Assembly (NCBI GenBank): GCA_000146045.2 | Contig: BK006949.2 | Location: 544,001-608,000 of the forward strand | Length of the DNA: 64,000 nucleotides | Reading direction: 5' to 3' | Source: TPA_inf: Saccharomyces | Lineage: Eukaryota | In this document: one piece after another, positions 39,062-50,475 of the stretch | Layout: each line of letters starts with the position of its first letter | Numbering within the stretch: the stretch's first letter is position 1 | Program-made: the position numbers and the translations under genes | The notes under the pieces: generated by a model | Databases searched by the model: none | The model's input: the letters and a program-made list of their open reading frames with translations, nothing else | What the model was told of the DNA's origin: nothing

Positions 39062-40042
39062 TCACCAATTTCTTACAGAATCACATACAACTTCGTAAAC
39101 TAGCCAACTCACTGCAGTTGAAGGAACAACTTTAAAAAGGTTTGCAGCTAAGCCTTTGTAGTAACCGCTAACGCCTTCTGCTCTGCCGATTGTCACGAGC
39201 GCATCCCAGACACTCGTGTATCTAAATCCCAGTTCATTTCCGCCCATTGCGAGAACTTGAAATCTTCTTCTTAGCAGATCAAAGGGATAAGTGATTGTTT
39301 GCGCAACCCCTCCACTTATGGCGCCAATTGTTAATTTATAGAGGTTACTTTTCCAGGAAGGCTGAGCATCGGAGGAATTGACACCGAATTCTCTCAATTG
39401 TTCGTAAACTGCAAAGTTTAGTGCTACATATGGAACAACACCAAGACTCGTTGGCCATACACCCCTATATAATCCCCTGAGACCGCCTTCGAGTCTGTAA
39501 GTTTCGCTTAGTAATTGCCAGATCCCCGGAGGCTTTGATATACTTTTTGCCTTTGAGCGGTTTAAACTGCTCAAATTTGCTGTCTGAATCGATAGTCTTG
39601 TTTTGATCAAGTCCAACGGGTAAGTAGCCACCACACTACAACCACCACACAATGCACCACTGAATAGTCTTTGGGTGTTCGTTAGTTGTTCTTGTCCATT
39701 ATTGCCATTTACATGGAATAACTTTTTCTTACAAGCTTCGTATACTACAAACTGGACTGCACTATAGGGAAAAATTCTTATGCAGTTCAAACCATTTCCT
39801 CTGAATAAACCTTTGGTTCCCTCCTCATGGTAAACCTGCCGTATAGAGCTAAAGATACCTCGGTTATAAGAAGTGGTTGAACTTTGAACTTGCAGCAGTA
39901 TTTTAACTCTCTCAAAAGGTGAAACAACGGTTCGGGAAACCGCGCCAGCTACTCCACCAGCTAGAAACGCAATATTTGAATCCTGCTTGAGAAAATCTTT
40001 AATTGAGTTCGGCTGCTCGAGGACGGTCAGTACTTCTGCCAT
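39062..40042 (-). CDS. YPR011C: Mitochondrial carrier family protein (reported APS/PAPS transporter), 326 aa
   Basis: It has three tandem mitochondrial-carrier repeats (PFERVKILLQ, PLDLIKTRL, PFDLLRRRFQ). The known start MAEVLTVLEQ is Met38 of the longest ORF (ATG at 40040-40042). Confidence 0.8.
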   Translation of the reverse strand: MAEVLTVLEQPNSIKDFLKQDSNIAFLAGGVAGAVSRTVVSPFERVKILLQVQSSTTSYNRGIFSSIRQVYHEEGTKGLFRGNGLNCIRIFPYSAVQFVVYEACKKKLFHVNGNNGQEQLTNTQRLFSGALCGGCSVVATYPLDLIKTRLSIQTANLSSLNRSKAKSISKPPGIWQLLSETYRLEGGLRGLYRGVWPTSLGVVPYVALNFAVYEQLREFGVNSSDAQPSWKSNLYKLTIGAISGGVAQTITYPFDLLRRRFQVLAMGGNELGFRYTSVWDALVTIGRAEGVSGYYKGLAANLFKVVPSTAVSWLVYEVVCDSVRNW

Positions 40043-40631
40043 GTTAGCGAAATAACGATTAAAAAATTTGAAAGTCAATACTATGAAACAAGGAAACGAG
40101 CAACTTGGTATACTTCCCTCACCTTTGTTAAATTCACTTGGCCTTACTGGCAATCATAATCATTTTGACGAACTGCGGACATCGAGAGTACCCTGCAAAT
40201 ATATCTAGAAAAAGAGGTAAAAAAATATTGAAGGGTCAACCTGAAAAAAATTGAAAAGTGAAAATAGATCTGCTGATAAATAATGCACGGCTTGCATCAA
40301 GTGATCACATGGAACTTTCCCAATACCTCAACTACGCATTTTCCCTTGCATATTATATCATCATCCATCTTCTTTGCCTCTCATATATTTACGAAATAAT
40401 ACATAAACATAAAAACGTCTTTGTGCGTCCAAGTAAACTTGAAGACGCACTCCCGTTATATAAAACTGGGAAGAACACTAACAAAGAAGGTGACTTGCGC
40501 TTAATTAGTTTTATTCCCTTGCTTCTAAAGTCCGTAAAACATTCTATTAGAGTCTATACATAGTTTTGCCTTACCTTTGAATATGAGTTCTAAAAATTCC
40601 ATTGCAATAAAGCTTTCCGTTCCTATTGTTT

Positions 40632-41585
40632 CTATGTAGTGTTTAAGACTTTGTTTCTTTTCCTTTCATGGCTTTTCAAATGTCTCAGCATATTGCTTTT
40701 CACATTGAAGGATTTTGTGCAACCCTCCCAAGTACATTTGAAAGGAGTATCTCCCGTATGAATTAAGTAATGTGTCTTCAGCGTTGAGGGCCTCGAACAA
40801 ATTTTTCCACATACTGGGCACTGCTTTCTCAGCTTTGTGGATGATATTCGGGTGTCAGTTTTCCAATCAGAAAATGTTGCTGAACCGTTCAACACGGCAC
40901 CAGGTTCGCTTTTTGTTCTGCCGTTACTGGCTTCCTGCATGGTTGGAAGTACGCCATACCCAGGTGGGACTGATTTTGGCCTATCGTGGCATAGCTCTAA
41001 GGCAGCGTTTGGGTGACTCGCCATTGATATTGCAGTGAAGTTAGGTTCGGAGGCAATTGTTATTGGTTCTTTGTCGTATGGTGTCAATGGTTTATATACT
41101 GTTGGGACCATGACTGGCATCATCAAGGGAGCAGAGGAGGTCAAATGAGGAGACTGGCTATGTGGTATTGGTTGCTGACTTTCCGTATAGTAGATAGGAT
41201 ATTGATCAGATGTTGCGTTCATGGAAATTGGGGTGTAGATCTCATTAACAATGGGTACAACATTCATGCTTTGATAAACTTGCTGTGGAGGGAATTGAAC
41301 CCTTGAATCTACGTTAGGTGGTGTATTATTTTCAAAATTAGGCAAAAGGGATGAAATTGGTGGTAAGTTTATTTTCGTACTATTATAACATTCCCGTTCA
41401 TTTTTGTAGCTATTGTGGCCATAAAATTGAGTCCCCTTACCAGTGCTCAGCTGATCAACTGCGGACACTTGAAGGGGGAGGTTCGATTTATAATTGACTG
41501 TACACATTCCTATATTAGGAGATCTTGACTTGTCTGTATATGATGATTGTTTTTCTGAACTTTGCTTTGAAAGGGAAAAATTCAT
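40632..41585 (-). CDS. CMR3: C2H2 zinc-finger protein (C-terminal tandem fingers), 317 aa
   Basis: The C-terminus reads QCPVCGKICSRPSTLKTHYLIHTGDTPFKCTWEGCTKSFNVKSNMLRHLKSHE. The 317-aa length matches YPR013C. Confidence 0.75.
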   Translation of the reverse strand: MNFSLSKQSSEKQSSYTDKSRSPNIGMCTVNYKSNLPLQVSAVDQLSTGKGTQFYGHNSYKNERECYNSTKINLPPISSLLPNFENNTPPNVDSRVQFPPQQVYQSMNVVPIVNEIYTPISMNATSDQYPIYYTESQQPIPHSQSPHLTSSAPLMMPVMVPTVYKPLTPYDKEPITIASEPNFTAISMASHPNAALELCHDRPKSVPPGYGVLPTMQEASNGRTKSEPGAVLNGSATFSDWKTDTRISSTKLRKQCPVCGKICSRPSTLKTHYLIHTGDTPFKCTWEGCTKSFNVKSNMLRHLKSHERKRNKVLNTT

Positions 41586-44500
41586 GTAATTTACTTTAGT
41601 GGCGTTTACTGCTATTTTTCGAAGGTAGGTGATGAACTTGTGTTATAACTAAGAAGCTCAAAACTAAAAGTATACTAATGTTTGAGGAATTATTGTGAAG
41701 CCATAGAACAATAAAAAGCTAACAATTGTATCTTTCGTTCAACTTGTCAAACCCTGACAGGCATATAAAAGAGGTATTTTGAAACATCAACATGTAGTAG
41801 TCACATATATAGCAAAATAGTAAGTAAGGAAAAAAAGAAGGCACAGAGAATACAACAATAATGATGAAGGCACACGACTGCCCTTTCCGGGCCACCTGCA
41901 GATCTGTAAGGTAGTTCAAATGACGTTCTCGCGCGGGTTTCTTACTTATGAAACTTTAGGGACATAAGTCGGGAACCTGATGCATCATTCTTTATCTTGT
42001 TTTTTGTTGTTGTTTGAGTTTCTTGTACAGAATAATACGCAGAATTAAAGCGGAAGTTAAAAAACAGATCGTCTTGATCTGCCCTCAAAACCAGTATCCA
42101 CTGAAAACCTTATTTCCCACCGTAAATGGCAATCACTCGTAGCTCAAGGTGGAATGCTCCCGTAAGGATATTTCCTATATGAGATAGTCCCGATCCTGAG
42201 AAGAGGGATCGCCGTCATTTTATTCTTTAACCCCGAGAAACGGCATCTCTCACCTGATTGTTCTCAAGATTGCTGCAAAACCCAGATATACTTTTAGGTA
42301 CGGAGCGTACGCGATGTATATGGATTGATTTTCACATGTATCGTTTATGAGTACTTGACTGCACCTCGTGTCGGAAGATTTTCCAATCGGGCTTTTTTTC
42401 AATCTTGAAGGCCCTCCTTTTCATTTCCATTTGCTCTGACATTGCGGCTATGCATCACAGGCAAAAGCTGAAAAGGAAATTTTGTAGCGTATCGGTTTAC
42501 TGCACAGTCTCAGACCCTTTGTAGTACTGTTACCTGGAAGAATAGTAGGTGCGTACAACAGTGATTATGTAGTAGTATCTACTGAAGAGCCTACGAGCGA
42601 AAAAAAAAAAAATTATCGGCTACATTACGTTGTTTCCTACGGAGACAAGAACCAATATAAGCTGCAAAAAATCTATGAGCATTTTAAGTTTCCGATACAA
42701 CAAGATGTATGCGTACTATTCACGTCGTGTTATATTGCTCACGTAACAACTTCTATGACAATAATAAAAAATAACCTTTCCATTGTATCATTAAGGTTAT
42801 CTACGGAGGATTGTCAAACCTAGCGGATATGAAATGTACTTGATTCCTAATTCGGGTTTATTTAGAGTTCAGACTATGTGGGTCATTTCTTATGCTAATA
42901 ATAGGCACTGAGGTAAGTCAAAATAGCGACACTCAATTACTGTTGAATGGGAAGAAAAAACCGAGAAAGGGATACAGAGATCTTGCCCACGCCTTTTTTT
43001 CAAAAAGAGCCCTTCGCAAGGTTGCTCAACGGGATTGTCATAGAAAGAAAAAATCAAAGCCAATAACTACAAGGCCAAAAGTAATGGTAGGGAGCTACTA
43101 CAAAGTGGGCTCAGCCTACCTGAAGAAAATAAACAATTAATGGACAAGATCTGTTAGCGGACATACAAGAGATCAAATTACCTTCTGGTTAATGCTGTAG
43201 GCGAAGCAAACCATTCAATTGAGGAAACCTTATTCCCAATTGCGCTTTTGCTCCCTGGAAGCCTATAACAGCGTGTGGGCAAATAAAGTTGTTTTTCGCC
43301 CTCAGCGACTTTACTTCGGAAACTGAAGAGCGGCTAGAAATTTCGCAGAAAAGATTTTCCTTTGAGGATAGAAAAATGAAAAAAAGAAATTTATCTTTTT
43401 TCACAACAGGTGCTGCTTTTTCCTCACGTATGCACAGAATGCAAAGTACAAGATTTGTAATACGCGACTCCGCGCAGCTGTACTCTACTCCCAAGTCAGC
43501 GGAAAAAATGCAAGACATACAGAAAGTTGCCGCTTTATTGGCTATTTTTTTGGGCGACAGCCCTGGCTAGCCTCCTCATTGGGTTGTAGAGGAAACAAAA
43601 CTGAGATGTCTTTGGACTAATGTCAGCAATAATAACTCGTAAAATCAAGTCAGAATTTCTATCCATTCAATAGGTATTCATTGTTTATGAAACTAAGAAA
43701 CGAATGTAAATAATTCTGGGATATAACAAATAGTTCCCTTTGGATTACTTAAAACATAGTACTGCAGCTAAAATTTGTAAAAATGTTAACGTTTCTTTGC
43801 GTTGAGTAACTTGACCTTCACACGTAGTTGCAAGTACCGATGCAAAATTTTTACACTGGTGACAACCTTAATGGTATAATCCAATTAGCGACATCACCGA
43901 GAAAGTATCCAAGTCGATTTGATGAATAAAATAATAACTTAAACATTCAACGCCGTTTGTTAATACTGACACCTGAAGGAGAGTCAAAAAGGCAAACTTT
44001 CTTGCAACAATCATAAAGCTAAGGCACCGCTAGAGCTTACGATATTGGCCGCAAAAATAACTATTACACTTTTTCGTTTCTGTGGAAATGTAGGGTGATC
44101 AACTGGCTAATTGCTGCCTTTTAAGATATGCGGAGGAGATTGTGCAGCCATTTTCATTTTAGCGACTCATTGATGGAAGTATTCAAGTCAAGATCACTTG
44201 TTTAAATTCAAGACTACTGTTTAAATTCATAATTTTTTATTGCTATCTTTTTTTTACCACAGATCTGACCGACACTCCCGCTTATCGCCCATTGCGGCAT
44301 ATACTTAGGCAAGTCAAAAGCCGAGGACAGCAGTTGAAGACAGGCTACAATTTCTATAGTAGCTTTTTTTCGTTCCTAATTTCTCCAAACACTTTAAGTT
44401 TCTTGAAACGTAAATGATACTGCGAAAAATTTGATTTCGTTCTGAAGATACTATCAATTAAACGTGCACTAGGTGCTGTTCCCTCGATGAGCTGCCGCGC

Positions 44501-45279
44501 TAACCCGTACCCCCCAATTTTGAGCGATTTTAGTGAGTTGTGTTATATAATCCAGGGGTACTCTGCTCCGCGATTTGTGTGATAGCAGCCATAAATGCCC
44601 CACGCCAAAGTTCCACGTTCAAATAAAACTTACATCAAAAATTCTTTCTCTTTGAAGTAAATATGCGTGGGGATTGCTGAATAAGCAGCCCAGTGAACAT
44701 CAGCGCTTTCTGTAAATCATTTATCAGCTAACAATAATTACATAATATAAACCTCCAATAACTGTCCTGCTAGTGGCACGTTGTTGGCTGTCAGAAACGA
44801 AATGTGGGTCCTATTTACCCCTTGGTTTTAGTATGGGAGCACGAATGGTAAACACCTTCTCATAAAATAACTGATAACGTCTTAAAGCGACCAAATACTT
44901 TATTGTTGCGGGCAAACATTATTGTTAAATGCGTGGTCTAGAAGTAAAATTTTCTGCATAGTTCACTGTTATGTAAATTTTGAACTTGAAATCTTTTCTT
45001 AGAAAGAGTCTGTCATCCTTGGAAACATTGCTGACCAAGAATACGATATTGTGAGAAGACATTGTACCCAAAAAAAATTTTTCATTCCTATAGTTTGGAT
45101 TGGAGATGATTCAAACACAGCATATTCATGTGTTACCTTCCCGGTTATGCACGAGGTCAATGAGACCGTTCCCTTGTGTTGTACCAGTGGTAGGGTTCTT
45201 CTCGGTAGCTTCTCCGCAATAAGAATGATTGAATCATATTGTAACATTAGATTTTGGCCTTTCACTAATTACCGTAGGT

Positions 45280-45328
45280 AATTTTGTTGGTTAAACTGAC
45301 AAAGAATAAGAGTTTAACCAACAAAATT
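45280..45328. repeat. Perfect 18-bp inverted repeat (AATTTTGTTGGTTAAACT / AGTTTAACCAACAAAATT) with a 13-bp spacer; potential hairpin or cruciform
   Basis: This is a direct reading of the sequence. The arms are at 45280-45297 and 45311-45328 and are exact reverse complements. Confidence 0.9.
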
Positions 45329-46282
45329 AAGTCTTGGTGCATTGAATGGAAGAAAAGATGATACAACGCCAACCTAAAGAGTGGAAAGCGTTCTTTCAAA
45401 TGAGGGTAGTAGGAAATTCAGCGGGAAAGTTTGAAAATGTGGTGGTAAAACAATAATCCTGGTTTTTCTTTGTTATCCGATAGGAAATTTATCCCCTTCT
45501 ATGTTCCACTAATCACTTCATGGGTTGACTATCACTAGCGCATGAACTCCTTTTGACCAATAATAAGCACAATACTAAAGGTTGTGGTAATTGATAAATA
45601 AAGACTTCCATTGAAATGACAGAAACGATATGTATGAATCAGAATATCAAGCATGGATATATCATTGCGCTCAAACTTAGTCAAATTCCTTTGTTTTCTT
45701 AGTTTGTTATGACTCCCTTGACGTAATTATTCTTGCATTAATTTTGAGCTTCTGTAAACTTCATTGTTCCAATGGATCATTATATATTAACAACGTTGGC
45801 ATATACGTGACCGCAATTTGAACTACCTACATTTAACATACTTTTGTAGAGGAAAGAGGCTGTTTGTTCTTTAACCATGATTATACCAATTTAACCTTTT
45901 TTTTTTTTTTGATAGTGAACTGCATACTAGTCAGGTAATTGAATTCCTGGTACAGAGATTCATCAAGACATCCGTGTCGGCAACGTTGTACTAAATGAAA
46001 AGGTCCTTTGTCTTACGAACTAGACAGAATAAAATGTATCGTGCGGCAGTATAGAACCGTATTACAAATGCTGATGCATTCGCAAACAAATTTCTTGTAG
46101 AAATTATAATTCGAACAAAAATCCTCTCACTATTCAAAAATCGGAAGTCAGTAAAAATTGATTGTTGGCTACATGTAATATATTATATGGAACTAATACA
46201 TATCTATACTCATTTTACTTGGTAAAAAGTGTCACACCTACATCAAAATCACACTGAAAACAAAATATTCTAAACAATGCTT

Positions 46283-47026
46283 TCACTGATGTTTTTTCTT
46301 TGCTATTTTCTTTTGATGGGTTCTTAAATGCCTTAACATGTTACTCTTGACATTGAAAGATTTGTTGCAATGCTCCCAAGTACATTTGAAAGGTGTGTCT
46401 CCCGTATGTATTAAGTAATGAGTCCTCAGTGTTGAAGGTCTCGAACAAACCTTCCCACAGATAGGACATTGTTTCCGTAGCTTTACCACAGCGCGCAGTT
46501 GCTTTTGTATAAGATCTAAGTCGGTTTGTGTTTGGGATAATAGCGTCCCAGGATTTTGCCCTATATGCACATTCGGGAGGGAGTACTGCTCGTTGCTCAC
46601 CGCTCTGTGGTTTTCCTCCTGAAAATGCTGCATTGATGGAGGTACAGATTGGGCAGTATAAGAGGAAGCTGCCGTTGAATAAATAGGGCAACAAGATTGA
46701 CGTTCAACGAACGTTAAAGGGAAAGGTTGCGGTGTTGCTATAACCGGCGAAAAGATAATAGAGTTGGGACTTGATCTCCATACGGGATCCTCTGTCTGAT
46801 GCAGAGAAGAAGGTGCGTAATGGTAAGCGGGAGGTGGTAGTGCGGCCTGGTTTATTTCAGGAGTAAGTGGAGCGTGCATAATCGACGAACAAGGTGGAAG
46901 ATGCACTTCCCTTTTGGTCGTGTTCGAGACTTCCTTTGAAGATTGCGCATAGGATCCCCCTATGTTAGACGATGAACATTTCATTGGGCTACAAAGCATA
47001 GATTCTAGCGTTTTTGTTCTCCACAT
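46283..47026 (-). CDS. YPR015C: C2H2 zinc-finger protein, paralogue of YPR013C, 247 aa
   Basis: The C-terminus QCPICGKVCSRPSTLRTHYLIHTGDTPFKCTWEHCNKSFNVKSNMLRHLRTHQ is nearly identical to the YPR013C fingers. Confidence 0.78.
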   Translation of the reverse strand: MWRTKTLESMLCSPMKCSSSNIGGSYAQSSKEVSNTTKREVHLPPCSSIMHAPLTPEINQAALPPPAYHYAPSSLHQTEDPVWRSSPNSIIFSPVIATPQPFPLTFVERQSCCPIYSTAASSYTAQSVPPSMQHFQEENHRAVSNEQYSLPNVHIGQNPGTLLSQTQTDLDLIQKQLRAVVKLRKQCPICGKVCSRPSTLRTHYLIHTGDTPFKCTWEHCNKSFNVKSNMLRHLRTHQKKIAKKKHQ

Positions 47027-48331
47027 TTAATTAGTGTTGAAGATGAAAATTTATGTATATTAAAAGTTAGAAACGGGTCAATGAAGACGTTTGCTTATCG
47101 TATTGGATCCTTGCAATGCCCTCCAAAAAGAAGAAAAAAGTTGGACCAAGAAAACAATTATAATTTTGTAATTTGAAATATCTACCAATGAGGTCAAAAG
47201 AGCGACAACAACTAGCGCTTATATAATATAAAGAATTCTTGGGACTGTATCTCATGGCAACCAAATGCCGTTCATATTTAGGGTTTCAGTGGGAAAAGAT
47301 TTCCGGTGCTTTACGCTCCTTGTACAAACAAGTGCTGCGAAACTTTCTGTGGAAATCGTGCCTTTTAAACCATTAGTGAAGGCTCCAGATAGAGTTGTCA
47401 CAGAAAACAGCGTGGCGGACTTATTTTTTTGCAACGATTTTCTGGAAACAATAGAGGAAGAATTTTTGGCGTACGAAAAGGAACGATGCCCCCAACACCT
47501 CAACAATACTACGGAAGTTTCTTCGAGCGGAAAAACATCGAAATACTAGCTGTTTCTGGATATGAGAGTGGGTATGCGTGGCAATGGAACTCAGGGAGTT
47601 GTTGCTATTTCAGTGAGTACGATGGATCAGGGTGTTTATATCTCAAGAACTACCAAGTTGAAGAGATGAAACGTAGTTCGCTTGATAGCACATAAATGGA
47701 CGGCTGACTTGTTGTACACCATATATATATATATATATATATAATTTTACGGCTCACTTCTGTACCGCTTGTGAAAATCTTACCGCACAACCCCCGGTGT
47801 TCTATTAGCTTTGTTCGATTTTATTAATCTTTGCCAAGAGATACTACTCTCCGGGTTCTGGTGGAGACAATAGTATGTCCTAGCAGCTAGACAAAAAAGC
47901 CTTCAAATGGTCTACGTGCGGTGCAATTTTTCTTGGAGAAGTTCTATATTGTCTAACAGATACTTGGAACTGAGCAAGTTGTCAGAATAGTCGGAGAAGC
48001 GGACGGAAAATCCATATTATGCAAAGAATTTGCTTAGAAACCCGTTACATATGCTTCGAACAAAGTGACTACATGTTACAATTAAGACGCCTACTTAAAC
48101 TGCAATGAATAGTCACCCATAGGTATAAGAAAAAAAAAAAAAATAAAAGAGTACATAATATACATACAACTAAAATTAAAATGCATAGAAACCTAAGAAA
48201 AAATATTTGTTATACCAAAAAAAATACCACAAATGATACGTAAGAAGATTATTGCAACATGGGGACTCTTTCGCATACAACTGTAAACAGACTTGAGGAA
48301 GGAGGGGAATCCCCTCAGGAGTACCTGACAT

Positions 48332-49069
48332 CTATGAGTAGGTTTCAATCAAAGTATCACGTAGGTTACCTGAAATGGATTCTGGTTGGGCATCTTGCAA
48401 GCGGAAAATACTTTCAATAACACTCAATTCTGGGGCTGTAGTATCCAGACCTGTAACTGCCAAGTAATCGTTCACAACCATACCGGCACCGACAACTGAA
48501 CTACCACGGTTAACGGTACCAGCCACCAAAGGAACTTGTAATAAGGAGGACAATTCTTCTTGATCTTGGACACTTGTTTGTGGATGCACTAACCCACCTT
48601 GATTACTTAAAGAACAATATGACCCAACTAAGATATTACCTGATATGGTTTGACGGAAGACCTCAACGCCTAGTACATCACTTATCAATTCTTCAGTTTC
48701 TCTGTCGATATCTGGATGCACTAAAGCAACGTAATCATTACAACAGATGACGTTACCCAAGGCAGATAGTCTTTCCTCTACCCTTTGAATCTTAACGGAA
48801 TCCGGCAAACTATTTCTTAAATGTTGTAATTCTTGATCAGTAGTTTGGGTTGGAACTAGCAGACCTCTACGGTTACCCGCGGTCATTCTACCGATGATAC
48901 GCGTACCAGCAATAGTGGTATGAACGATGGGAATAGCATCTCCTAATTCAGCTTCAAATGCAGAGTAAAAGTTTTCAGAACCACCAACAGCAACCAAACA
49001 GTAAGTATTCGTTAATTTGGAGAATACACCGATTTCATTGGAGTTTTCAAATTGAGTCCTGGTAGCCAT
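48332..49069 (-). CDS. TIF6: eIF6 / 60S ribosomal subunit biogenesis and anti-association factor, 245 aa
   Basis: The highly conserved 245-aa eIF6 fold is present ([27 protein letters not shown]…). Confidence 0.9.
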   Translation of the reverse strand: MATRTQFENSNEIGVFSKLTNTYCLVAVGGSENFYSAFEAELGDAIPIVHTTIAGTRIIGRMTAGNRRGLLVPTQTTDQELQHLRNSLPDSVKIQRVEERLSALGNVICCNDYVALVHPDIDRETEELISDVLGVEVFRQTISGNILVGSYCSLSNQGGLVHPQTSVQDQEELSSLLQVPLVAGTVNRGSSVVGAGMVVNDYLAVTGLDTTAPELSVIESIFRLQDAQPESISGNLRDTLIETYS

Positions 49070-49485
49070 TATTGTTTTCTAGAGTTAGTTGAATTATGCT
49101 CTTGTTCCAAATACTCTGTCGTATTGCTTCTTGTAATTATACTATAAGACCAACGAGGGATGAGGCTTCTTTTAATTATGCAATATTGAATATTGCGTTA
49201 CATACAGTAAAAGAAAAAATCTGCACAAAGGAATATGGGTTTAAATCTTTAATTAATAAAAATTTTCCGAAAATTTTCGTTTGGCCCTCGGAAAAAACGG
49301 GTAATGCTCATCCATTAGGATTTCGTCCAGAATGCCTATATTATTACATAAAGTGATGCTAGTAATGTAAACCAGAACTACTTCTATAGCTTGTTATAGG
49401 TGGCCCATGCCAGTGAAATAGGTGGTTGGTTACTCTTTTTTTTTTCTGGTGGCGGCAACCTATTTTTGTTCTAGTGCCTACCAAA

Positions 49486-49917
49486 CTAATTCCTTCCCAT
49501 AATTTGAAGGCTTCGCAAGCTTAGTAGATGCAAAACTCTTTCTTCATTCTTTGTCTGATCTTGCACCTTACATATTATTCCAATAGGACCTTTATCACAA
49601 TCAGCGCATATCAAATATTTCAAGCACTTTTTAATCTTCCAGCTGGAATTACCATACTCAAAGACAAAATCACTCTTATCACTCAAATCCCCTAATATAG
49701 AAGAAGGAATTTCTCTAGATACACCAACATTATCAAAGTCCCAAACATCAGGGACGACCAAGAAGTTGCTCTCGCTGGGGGTAGCATCTCGCATAGTTCT
49801 GTTTTCCAGCAACTTGAATTCGCTGTGCACCTGCTCTGGTAAGTTTATTATGTTATCATCGTTGATGGTAATAACTGCACTATGACAGCCCTCAAAGGAA
49901 CACGTAGCCTTGCTCAT
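49486..49917 (-). CDS. DSS4: Mss4-like guanine-nucleotide dissociation stimulator for Sec4, 143 aa
   Basis: The 143-aa ORF has zinc-binding CxxC…CxxC motifs. Its order between TIF6 and RLF2 matches YPR017C. Confidence 0.78.
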   Translation of the reverse strand: MSKATCSFEGCHSAVITINDDNIINLPEQVHSEFKLLENRTMRDATPSESNFLVVPDVWDFDNVGVSREIPSSILGDLSDKSDFVFEYGNSSWKIKKCLKYLICADCDKGPIGIICKVQDQTKNEERVLHLLSLRSLQIMGRN

Positions 49918-50243
49918 GTTCTCTGTTATTCCCCCATTTTTCCAGCCCTTTTAATTGAACTTTCTACTCATACCAGTCAAGTTTTTGATATGTACTTCAT
50001 TAATTAAAATGATCGATATATAATCGTTCAGTACGACAATGACGATATTCACAGTACTACTAAACTAGCGGGTCCCCGGCGCCCAGTCAGCCTTTACGAA
50101 GAGAAAGGAAGAATGATATGGATATGCTGAAAAGTATTTTGATACAGAAGAAGGGAGTTTTGAGTTGTCGGGCTCATCGTGCTGGATCAAGTGGTTCCCT
50201 ACCTGGCGCGATCTATAGTGTCAGACGGCTTGCATATATGCTC

Positions 50244-50259
50244 ACGCGTTCGGACGCGT
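50244..50259. promoter_or_regulatory. Palindromic pair of MCB (MluI cell-cycle box, ACGCGT) elements in the DSS4–RLF2 divergent promoter
   Basis: CACGCGTtcggACGCGTG has two ACGCGT hexamers forming an 18-bp palindrome, ~220 bp upstream of the RLF2 ATG at 50476. RLF2/CAC1 is a known G1/S (MBF) target. Confidence 0.55.
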
Positions 50260-50475
50260 GAAAGGCTTCAACTGAAAAAAAGAAAGATCTACATCGTTAA
50301 ACCAAAAGGTTTGCGAACTGACTAAAAAATAAAATTCTTATTGGTTCCACTTCTTGAAATACATCATTTTTCCAGCCAATTCGTTGAGGAGAAGAACATT
50401 CTGTTATTGCTGTTACAGAGAATTATATGTTTTAGTGAACCTCAAGACAGAAGAGAATCGAAAGGAAAAGGGAAA

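Noticed and set aside
40258-40563. 101-aa plus-strand ORF between YPR011C and YPR013C (position of the dubious ORF YPR012W)
   Set aside because: It is A/T-rich with low-complexity composition (IIIHLLCLSYIYEIIHKHK) and has no domain. It lies in the divergent promoter region, so it is most likely non-coding.
43189-43518. 109-aa minus-strand ORF (position of the dubious ORF YPR014C) and its overlapping 93-aa plus-strand ORF
   Set aside because: The two ORFs overlap each other on opposite strands in a gene-poor interval. Their composition is not protein-like and they have no recognisable motifs.
49096-49356. 86-aa plus-strand ORF immediately upstream of TIF6 (position of dubious YPR016W-A)
   Set aside because: It overlaps the TIF6 promoter, including its RRPE-like motifs, and is more plausibly regulatory DNA than a gene.
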